In this document: positions 55,101-64,000 of the stretch, piece by piece
Layout: each line of letters starts with the position of its first letter
Numbering within the stretch: position 1 is the stretch's first letter
NCBI RefSeq assembly: GCF_018977255.1
Contig: NW_024704742.1
Location: 73,224,001-73,288,000 of the forward strand
Direction: 5' to 3'
Origin: Callorhinchus milii
Lineage: Eukaryota
Length of the DNA stretch: 64,000 nucleotides
Translations under genes and position numbers: made by a program
Notes under the pieces: model-generated
The model's database searches: none
What the model was told of the DNA's origin: nothing
Seen by the model: the letters and a program-made list of their open reading frames with translations, nothing else

Positions 55101-58100
55101 GATTTCTTCAATGAGCTATTTACAGTGTCTTTCTTCGGTTTCACAGATGGCTGTTGAATTTCTTCAGGAACTGAATGTGCCGTTCTTTAAAGTTGGGTCT
55201 GGAGACACAAATAATTTGCCATATTTGGAAACCACTGCGAAAAAAGGTGAGCAATGCTGTAGACTTTCTAAGGTAATATTTTTGTTCATCGTTACATGCA
55301 AAAGTTGGTATGTATAAAGTAGATGAAGTTCTCAGTTTGCTCATTTTGTTATGTCAGGCCGTCCAATGGTGATTTCCAGCGGAATGCAAAGCATGGAAAT
55401 GATGAGACAAGTTTACAAGACTGTGAAAGGGATCAATCCAAACTTCTGCATCCTGCAGTGCACCAGCGCATACCCAGTATTACCTGAGGATGTTAATCTG
55501 CGTATTATCACGGTCAGTAAATAGTCACACATGTATCGCTATAATGCATCGACTTTCATTCAACTACTATATTTAATTGACCTGAATGTATTTAATTTGT
55601 GGTGTATCTTCAAAAAATACTTTTAATTTATCCTCTTCATTTGCTGTCTTTTTTTGTTTTCTAGTGCCTTCCTTCATCCCCTCCTATAGTGCCCCCCACC
55701 CCCCGCATGGTAGAGTGCTGCTTCCGTTACATTACATTTGATATAAAACCTTTCGCATTAGGAGGAAATCTCAAAAAAAAATTCCAGGATGTGCAATGTC
55801 CCCCCTGCTCGGGTCCTGACCCAACTGTGCAGCGCCTTGGGACGTCCTCCGGACGTGAAAGGCGCTCAACAAATGGAATCTTGTTGTTGTTGAAGTGTAG
55901 TGACTGTATTTCGAGGCGAACGTGGCAGCCCATTTTCACACAGCAATGTCTCATAAACAGTCATGAAGTGAATGACCAATTTTATTTGTGGAATTGTTTA
56001 CGAACTCCTTTGTCTTTTCGATTAGTGACATGGGATCTTTGAGGTCCACCTGAACAGGCAAAAAGGACCTTGGTTTAAGCAGATAAGATCTCGGTTTAAG
56101 GGATCATTTGAATAATGATTCATTAAACCTCCAGCAATGCGGCATACCCCTAGCACTGCATTGGAGTTTCCACTTGGCTATAATGAGTTCCAAGTCCCGA
56201 CTTGAAGCTTGAACCCACAACCTTTTGACTCCTAGACAGTGCTATCAACTGAACCAGGCCAATGCACAATACAAACGAGATGGTGAACTGAATGGGTCAT
56301 TCACACCTTATGGTGAACAAGACGTCAAAGACTACCTGAAACAATTGTGCTTTTAAAAATCTATTAGAATTTCTTTTTTTTAAAGAAAGTAAAAGCATTT
56401 TAAAACTGACAGCAAGTAAAGCAATTTCTGCGATATTGTGCCCAGGGGACTGGGCACAATATGAAGTTTTATGAAGTTCCCTGCTTGTTCTCTGTTGATC
56501 AATAAGGATTATTTTTTCTAATAACAGCAATAATAAGGGAGCCATACAGTCTGGGTCTCCAGAGTAGCTCAATGTTTAGATCATGTTCATCCACGTTCAA
56601 GGTGTGAAATAATGGCCCTTTTTGCCTTGCTCTTGAGAAGAAGCTCTGTGCACCCAGAAAATGACTCATCTACACTCCACTTCCAAACTAGCAGAGCTTC
56701 GCTTTGACAGATATTGAATGTGAAATAACACAGGCATTGGAGCCTTGAGACCTTTTGGAGGTTGTGTGTGGAATTATTTAATTCATCTTCATAATTTGCA
56801 GAGTGCTGAATGTGTTTGATGAAGTGAAACTTGGTGATGGAACTGGTTGTGAAACTCGAAGAAGCTTCATAAGTATCAGTACAATAGGACTGCCACGTGG
56901 GTGTTGTGGAGAATATCTAATGAACAGGAGAGGTTAAATAGCACCATGTCGCCTGCTTAATCTTGTTTTCTTATGAGTTGCCAGACTGCTCTTGTAAGTA
57001 TGAGATAAATGTCATACTTACAAGGAGTCCTGTAACTCAGTGGTTAGAGCAGTCGCCTTGCAAGCGAGAGACCTGGGTTCGATTCTCGGCAGGGCGAAAC
57101 CTTGGGCAAGTTTCCTTACTCCACACGCCTGATAATAATCCCTCAAAAAGAAAAAAATAATAATAAAATTGGTCGCTTCAATCCACGACTGTTTGTGGGA
57201 CACTGCTGTGCGCAATTAGCTGCCGTGTTTTGCCCACAAATATACAGTCAATTCACTTTACAGTATATTCTGTGAAGCGCTTTGAGACGTCTAGAAGACG
57301 TGAAAAGCGCTATATCAAATGCAAGGATTATTATTATAAATTGTACAGTGCTGTAGTACCTTATTTGTGCTACCAGGTGGAGCTCTTGGTAGAAAATTGC
57401 AAAACAGTATCATCAAGTGTTGTGAACCTACCATTACAAGAGGACAGTATTTCAGAATAACCTAGTAAAATACCTGGATCCTCTGCAATGTATGAAAGAT
57501 TAAAATTCCTGCCAACCCACGGGAAATTGACTCCAGAAGCAAATCCCATAGGGAAGAGTTCTTATAGGATGAAGTAATATAGTTCTACAATGCAATTTAC
57601 ATTCATAAAGTGCCTTTCTCATAAGGAGGATGGAAGGATTTATGTGACTTGGATTCCTTATGATAGAAACCAAGGTTGATTTATTGTATTAATAATAATC
57701 ATTGTATTTGATATTGTACCTTATCATAACAATACATCTCAAAGTGCTTTTCAGGATTTATGGTAAAGTGTAGCAACTGTGTATTAGTAGATGAACCTGG
57801 CAGACAATTTCAAATAATAATAATAATAATTTGATATAGCATTTTTGATAACATCTCAAAGCGCTTTACAGGATAGGTGGAGTCCTATAGTTTAAGAGTA
57901 CTCGCCTCGCAAGCAAGAGACCTGGGTTCAATTCCTGGCAGGGAGAAATGTTGAGAAATTTTTCTTGCTCCACACTTCTGTTTATCTAGCAGTAAGTAGG
58001 AACCCGGTTGTTAGTCGATTGGTGGATTGCTTTTCCGTGGGTAATTATTCCTTCAAAAAATATAATAATAATAATAATTTGGTCAATCAATCCATGGCTG

Positions 58101-60747
58101 TTTGTGCAATTGGCTGCCACGTTTCGCCCATAAAACACAGTCAATTCACTTTACAGTATATTCTGTGAAGCGACTTGAGATGTCTCGAATACGTGATAAG
58201 GTGCTATATCAAATGCAAGAATTATTATTATAGTAACACTGTGAGCTACAGAGATTTTGTAGGCAAAATGGGGTAGCTAATTTGCGCACATCAGTGCTCA
58301 AAACCAGCCATGAAGTTAATGACCAATTTCATTTTAATAGTAGCATGGGGTCTTTAATATCCACCTCAGCAAGAAAGAATAAAGGGTAAGACCCCTTCAA
58401 TGTCCCCATTTACAGAGCTCCAACACACCTCTCAGAAAACACAGCGACTCGTAAAATTCTGGATTTGCCTAAAGATCTGGTTACATCCTCCCGGTGTGAA
58501 AGGTGCTATATAAATGTAAATTTGTATTATTCTGTATTTCAAATACATAATGTAACAGCAGCAATAATGATGATTTGAAAAATTAAGCTGTTATTCTGGC
58601 TATATATTGTTTGACTGTTTGCCAAAGCAGAATGTAAATCAATGTCATTTTTCTCAAATGAGTATTTATCAAGGTTTGTTTTCTTTGTGTTTTTAACATC
58701 CTGCTTTCAGGAATACCAAAAGGAATTTCCAGACATTCCCATTGGATATTCTGGTCATGAAACTGGAATTGCTATCACTGTAGCAGCAGTAGCTATGGGA
58801 GCCAAAGTTGTGGAACGTCATGTGACCTTGGATAAAACTTGGAAGGGCAATGATCACGAAGCATCCCTGGAGCCGAACGAGCTAACAGAACTGGTTCGCT
58901 CAATCCGCATCGTGGAGAGAGCTTTTGGGACCTCCGTCAAAAGTATGCTGCCTTGTGAGCTGGCCTGTCACAATAAGGTAACTCATTTTTAACTCATTGA
59001 CCACCTCGCATTTGGTGTCAAAGATTAGAATAGGGAGGGTTTGGGAGTATGATGACAAAGGAGGCAATTTGTGGTGGAGAAGAGAAATTTGGGATGGTTC
59101 GTGGCCTCCAGATGATTATGGAATAGAATGAGATTTGGGCTTGGGAGGGGGTGAGGAGGTCGTCATGGAGCTGACAGATTTTGTGACGGGTTACCAGGAT
59201 GGTTTTTGCCATTTTAAAGTGGAGGGGTGGGGTGTGGGTGGAGCTGCATGTACTTTTGTTGGAGGGAAACCATCCTATAGTCAATGGTCTCATAGAATCA
59301 AAGAAATCTACAGTGCATAAGGAGGCCATTCAGCCCATCACTTCTCAGCAGCTCTGAGAGTGAGGCCTTCATTCAGTCCCACGGACCTGCCTTATACACC
59401 TTCAAACCTTTCATACATTTGTCTACTTTCCTTTTGAAACCCACAATGGTCTCTGCCTCTACTGCCTTACTTTGCGTGGCATTCATGTCCCAACAGCTTG
59501 TGGGAAGAAAAATTCTAAGCTCTCCTTTTGCTCTTTTTGTAATTGTCTCATACTTATGATCCTAATTACTGACTCTCCTACCAGTAGAAATAACTTCTCA
59601 CTATTTACCCTCCCAAAAATCCTCATGATTTTGTACACCCATGTCGCCATCTGCATGTTCAGGTGGACGTTAAAATTCCCATGGCACTAAATTGACTGCT
59701 GCATTTGCCCACAAAACACACACAGTTATTGCACTTTACTGTATATCCTGTGAAGCGCTTTGGGATTTCCTCCTGATGTGAAAGATGCTAAACCAAATGT
59801 AAGGATTATAAAAATGATATCCCCTATAAACATTCTCTGCTCCAATGAAACTAGAATGTGAAGAACACAGTGCCTAGGTTTCTTAGATCACCACTTTTCT
59901 GATGGAGTTTGTTTCTATTTTTAAGATGTGGATATTATATGAACATTTAAGAATTTTACTTCACTGAAGAGGGAAGTCCCAATCAATGCATCTTCTAGGT
60001 TTTGCTTGCTCAGTGGTAGCACTCGACTCTGAGCTAGAAAGTTGTAGGTTCAAGCCCCACATTGGGTCTTGGCACTCATAGAGTCTAAGGTGACACTTCA
60101 ATGCAGTGCTGGGGTTTCGCTGCATTGTTGGAGGTGCCGTCTTTTGGGTGAGCTGTTACACCAAGGCTGTCTCCCCAGTCTACCTGTTCAGGTGGCAGTT
60201 AAAGATCCTACGGCACCATTCTAAAAGAGAAGAGAGTTTTTCCTAGTGTCCCGGCCAATACCCCAAGTAATTTGTGGGATTGTTGGCCAGGACAGCGCCT
60301 TGCGACGTCCTCCCGACGTGAAATGTAATGTTGTTGTTTTATGTTGTTGTAATTGGTCATTTATTTCATGGCTGTTTATGGAACATTGCTGTATGTAAAT
60401 TGGCTGCCGCATTTGTCCAGAAACACACACACAGTTACTATATTTTGCAGCATATCATGTGATGCACTTTGGGATTTCCTCCAAATGTGAAAGCTGCTAC
60501 ACCAAATGTCAGGATTATTATGAATCTATAAATGGTTAAAATATACTTTTTCCTTTGTCTCTAGCTGGGCAAGTCTGTGGTGGCGAAGTTGGCGATTCCA
60601 GCAGGAACATCGTTGACACTGGATATGCTGACTGTGAAAGTAGCGGAACCCAAAGGCATTGCTCCTGAAGAGATCTTTAATCTGGTGGGGAAGAAAGTAA
60701 AGGCCAAGATAGATGAAGATGAAACAATCACTGAAGAATTATTTTAG
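49004..60747 (+). CDS. NANS: N-acetylneuraminate-9-phosphate synthase (sialic acid synthase), 6 exons, 350 aa
   Basis: Exons 49004-49135, 54063-54278, 55147-55246, 55358-55512, 58711-58977 and 60565-60747 total 1053 bp, GT-AG, in phase. Motifs: FIIAEIGQNHQGD, AKFQK, FKVGSGD, LQCTSAYP, GYSGHE, VERHVTLD, plus the C-terminal antifreeze-like (SAF) domain. Confidence 0.97.
51335..51435 (-). mobile_element. Penelope-like element terminal fragment with minimal hammerhead motif
   Basis: Minus strand CTGATGAAGGGTCGTGGACCCGAAACGTTGACTG..ATAGATGCTACCTGACCTGCTGAGTTTTCCCAGC; related fragment without the motif at ~2681-2765. Confidence 0.7.
52057..52944 (+). mobile_element. L2 3' fragment with open C-terminal frame, flanked by opposite-strand L2 RT pieces (~51885-52030, ~52950-53330)
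   Basis: ORF 52231-52905; tail + (TTG)n. Confidence 0.9.
54063..54278 (+). CDS. NANS: NANS exon 2 (216 bp)
   Basis: ECGADCAKFQKSELEYKFNKQALARPYESKHSWAKIYGDHKRHLEFSHEQYRELQKFAQEVGIFFTASGMDE. Confidence 0.95.
55147..55246 (+). CDS. NANS: NANS exon 3 (100 bp)
   Basis: MAVEFLQELNVPFFKVGSGDTNNLPYLETTAKK. Confidence 0.95.
55358..55512 (+). CDS. NANS: NANS exon 4 (155 bp)
   Basis: RPMVISSGMQSMEMMRQVYKTVKGINPNFCILQCTSAYPVLPEDVNLRIIT, read by hand. Confidence 0.94.
57024..57337 (+). mobile_element. SINE family A, short form
   Basis: Full-length; head folds as a tRNA-Ala(TGC)-like cloverleaf. Confidence 0.92.
57879..58230 (+). mobile_element. SINE family A, long form
   Basis: Degenerate full-length copy. 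Confidence 0.85.
58711..58977 (+). CDS. NANS: NANS exon 5 (267 bp)
   Basis: EYQKEFPDIPIGYSGHETGIAITVAAVAMGAKVVERHVTLDKTWKGNDHEASLEP...LPCELACHNK. Confidence 0.95.
60005..60520 (+). mobile_element. SINE family B: Deu-domain SINE (SacSINE1/AmnSINE1-like); representative copy
   Basis: Head GCTCAGTGGTAGCACTC..GTTCAAGCCCCAC; body GCTGACACTCCA.TGCAG..GGAGGTGCCGTC..CTGTTCAGGTGGAC..GATCCCATGGC..GTGTCCTGGCCAA; same 3' body/tail as family A. Other copies at ~11540-11785(-), 12460-12790(+), 21540-21925(-), 28290-28640(-), 42503-42740(+), 48325-48520(+), 53420-53800(+), 54480-54780(+), 55890-56260(-). Family name is from recall of the consensus. Confidence 0.75.
60565..60747 (+). CDS. NANS: NANS exon 6 coding (183 bp incl. 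TAG)
   Basis: LGKSVVAKLAIPAGTSLTLDMLTVKVAEPKGIAPEEIFNLVGKKVKAKIDEDETITEELF*. Confidence 0.92.
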   Translation: MGKSVVAKLAIPAGTSLTLDMLTVKVAEPKGIAPEEIFNLVGKKVKAKIDEDETITEELF

Positions 60748-60826
60748 AATTGCGGCAAGTTGTCTTGTTTTTTTTCCACAGAGTTTGCAAGAATTAAACT
60801 ACAGATGCCTTAACTTTTACGTTTCA

Positions 60827-60832
60827 AATAAA
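60827..60832 (+). promoter_or_regulatory. NANS polyadenylation signal AATAAA
   Basis: 80 bp after the stop, followed by a GT-rich stretch. Confidence 0.6.
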
Positions 60833-61629
60833 GCCGTTCATGTATTAAACTGAAGTTGCATCTGTTTGTTATGGTGGACGATAAAGGTCCCATGGCATTC
60901 CCTCAAATAAGATTGATCACTCACTTCATGGACGTTTGCAAAGAATGGCTGGCATCTGTTGTTTACAAAACATTATACTACATATTCTGTGAAAGACTTT
61001 TGAAAAGACCTCTCGACGTGGAAGGTGCAGTACCGAAAATGATTGATGTTATAAATATCGGCCTGGCTGCATCTTCCCTGTCTTCCTACCCCCCCCTCCC
61101 CTGTGTATTCTGCTACAGTCTCACTCCCCACCCACCCCCACCTCCTTGTCCTCGCTAACCCCGTAACCCAATTGAAATTGAACACCTGCCCCTTGATCCC
61201 TCCCCACCAAGCTGTTGACAACTCAATTGTCTCTCCTGCTCCTGCTGGCAGATAGGATGCATTAAGATAGTAGAATAAGAGGACATTGGTTCAGAGTTGT
61301 AAAGGGTAATTTCAGGACAGATACCAGAACATTTTTCTTTATTCAGAGGACAATTAATGCCTTGAATAGGATATCAAGAAGGAGTTCATTTAAAAAAAAG
61401 CTTGCCGCTGTGCTGGAAAGGAGAGTGGGTATAGGGTGCAGCGAAAAGATCAGATGGGCAGGTCTTCTAAATGTTTAGTAACAACACTATTGTTTGAGTT
61501 CTTTTCCTAAATAAACAAATCATGGTTGCGATTATATTTCAGTCAAAACAAGGAAGCCTAAAAAAACAAACATCAGAGTTTTAACTCTACAGGTTGTTCC
61601 TAGTGAATCAATCAATATCAGCTTCAGGA

Positions 61630-62040
61630 TACAACAAATTTACATTTGTATATCGCCTTTCATATTGGGACGATGTACCTTGATGCTGGACAGTGCAAGT
61701 TTTGCACCTGAATTGGAGGTTGGAGCCGAGGATTGAAAGCTCAGTCAAAGAGGAAGGTCTTGAGGTGAGAGGAGGGACAAATCATAGGGACTCGGATGGA
61801 GTTCCTGAGAGTGGGGCCAGATAGGCTGAAAGCCCGATGGCTGACGGTGGGTTGGGTTTGATGGGGGACGTGAAGCAAGCTGGAGGCTTTGATGGGTTTT
61901 TAAAGTTTGAGGAGGTCGCCGAGGTAAGATGGTGCAAGACCTTGGAGGGATTTAAAGGTTAAGATGAGGGTGTTGAACTTGATCCACTGGGGGATAGAGA
62001 GCCAGTGGAGCCGGGCGAGATTGGGGGTGATAGACACATG
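61630..62040 (-). mobile_element. degraded L2 3' fragment
   Basis: Tail and LHWL-region homology. Confidence 0.7.
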
Positions 62041-63014
62041 GAAAGATGAGGAGGAGGCTGAGGGAAGATAGAAAGACGAAGGATGTCAGAGGAAAGTGCT
62101 GGAAGGTTTGGGGGGAAATAAGAATTTGATGATGAGAATTTTTAAGGGAGGAACTCGAAAGTGTTTCACAGGAAATGCTGTATAATGGAATGGCTGCAGG
62201 TTTTGTGGGAAAACAGATGGCATGACACTTCAAAAAGAAAAGGGTTTTCTCTCCTGGTGTCCTGTCCAACAATCCTGCAAATAAAATTGGTCACTCACTC
62301 CATGGCTGTTTGTGGGACACGACTGTGCACACTGGCTCCTGTGTTTTGCCCACAAAATACACAGTACAGTATATCTTGTAAAGATCCTTTGAGACGTCTC
62401 ACCGACATGATAAGGCGCTATATCAAATGCAAGACTTAGTTTTACTAAAGAGCGAGGTGTTTAGAAGAGGTGAAAGTTCCAGCGGTGTAAAAGGATTGGC
62501 TGAGTAGAACTCTGGAGATGAGAGCCACTCCATCACCAAGAAGGTTGGTCCTAGCAGACTTTTGCCAGTCATCGTTCTGCATAGCTGATGTGACATTGTG
62601 CGGATGAGCCCAATCCTGCTCTGCCTTGTGGATTTCCATGCACCAGCAGGTCTAATCGTACGGTCTCCTCCTATTCTTATATTCCTAATAATGATGGGGA
62701 TTTACAGGAGTAAGGATGGGGGTTACAGTGGATCACGCCTAGATTCTACATATATTGCTCACTGTTCATTCAATCATTCAACAACAACAGCAACAATTTG
62801 CATTTAAAAACCGCCCAAGTGCTCAATCAGTGAAGCACCACTGTTCCCAACTATCCAATGCTCTCAGTAGATCTAGGCGGTCAGGNAAAAAGTTTAAAGT
62901 TCTATAAACCTCCTTCGCATTTTCGGTGATTTCAAATAAACAACTGCAGGTTTTTTTTGGTGCCTGACACATTGAAACATCTCAGAGCACTGCTCAAGTG
63001 CATTGATTGCTCCC

Positions 63015-63420
63015 AACCCCCAGAAGATAGAGTTCAAAGTTCTCATCCTCGCCTTCAAGGTCCTCCATGGCCTTGCCCCCTCCTACCTCGGTGCTAACTC
63101 CATATCAACCTGTCCGCTTCCTCCGTTCAGCAGGCTCTGGCCTGCTTCACATCCCCCGCCACCATCGGTGGTCAGGCCTTCAGCCTCTTTGCCCCCACAC
63201 TTTGGAACTCCATCCCACAGTCCCTCCTCCTCGCTCCCTCTCTTGCCTCCTTCAAGGCATGCCTCAAGACCCTCCTCTTTGACCGTGCCTTTGGCCCAGC
63301 CACCTTCTGTCCCTCTCTGCCCTCCACCCTCCCTGATCCCAACACCCCCCGCCCCACTGTCCAGCACCTCGGGACGTCCTCCCGACGTGAAAGGCGCAAT
63401 ACAAAAATATTGTATTATTC
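63015..63420 (+). mobile_element. L2 3' fragment
   Basis: IEFKVLILAFKVLHGLAPSYL; tail. Confidence 0.85.
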
Positions 63421-63589
63421 TGACAGAATAACTATACGATAGCAACACAATTATTGTAAATATAGTTATCTGATTTGTCAATAGTAGATGAAAAAAAAAG
63501 AAAAAAACCCTCTGTGCCCCCCCCCCCCAGGGCTCACATCAGAGCCCACTATGGTCCTGTTGGGTTGGCTGCCCCAATCTACGGGATAA

Positions 63590-64000
63590 TGCCATCCACC
63601 TGACCGCTCGCTCCCGGTCCCCGCGTGCGCACTATGGCTGCCGCTTTGACCCGAGCCCCCTCACCCCCTCCCTCCCGCCCCCCTCCTCTCTCCCCCAAAC
63701 CCTCCCCCCTCTGCATCTCTCCCGCTCTGTCCTCCTCTCTCTCCGTCCCTCTCGTCTTCTATCCCCACTTGACCCTCCCACAACCTCCCTCTGTTCCAGC
63801 CTGGGAATCCTCCGCCGGGCTCACCGTGGCACTCGGCGTTGGCTGTCCAGCAGCAGCCACACCGACTGCCCCATTCCCCACCACTCTCGCCACCCACCCC
63901 GGACACAGACCCGGGGAGTCAACCTCTCCTCCCTTATCCCCATCCCCCCACCCCTGCCTCACAACCTGGACCCCCCTCCCCTCCCACACACCCTTCTGTC
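63590..64000. promoter_or_regulatory. GC/CpG-rich patch, possibly the promoter of the next gene
   Basis: CpG enrichment and C-rich tracts at the window end; no recognisable coding sequence. Confidence 0.35.

Noticed and set aside
57024..57097. tRNA-Ala gene calls here and at 32546, 46217, 49486 and others
   Set aside because: Each runs straight into a SINE body, stems carry mismatches, and the G3-U70 identity pair is absent; these are SINE heads.
63634..63906. Start of a further gene (ATG at 63634, or a minus-strand exon ending at a GTGAGC donor near 63824)
   Set aside because: Low-complexity short ORFs with no recognisable homology; kept only as a weak GC-rich promoter call.

Overview
Vertebrate genomic DNA with spliced genes and dense repeats. 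The L2/CR1 LINE, Deu-SINE and Penelope repeat set suggests a cartilaginous fish, possibly a chimaera; this is inference, not a database match. Four genes were reconstructed by hand, all with GT-AG junctions and consistent reading phase. (1) CISD2 (+): last two coding exons, 1297-3061. (2) A single SLC9B/NHA-type Na+/H+ antiporter, best called SLC9B2 (-): 11 coding exons, 29760-8135, 541 aa. (3) BDH2 (+): last six exons, 37554-43357; the 5' exons are missing at the 25-N gap 37314-37338. (4) NANS (+): complete, six exons, 49004-60747, 350 aa. I found no convincing new multi-gene system. The most interesting signals are in RNA and mobile DNA. An L2 LINE and a chimeric tRNA-Ala-headed SINE share a 3' stem-loop with a compensatory base-pair change, and the youngest SINE copies carry the LINE's loop. 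NANS intron 1 has a Penelope-type minimal hammerhead ribozyme motif. An unclassified repeat family occurs only around BDH2-NANS, and there are several inverted-repeat elements. BDH2 is head-to-head with SLC9B2 and followed by NANS, unlike human. NANS ends at what looks like a derived nonsense codon. Repeat boundaries are by eye and approximate.
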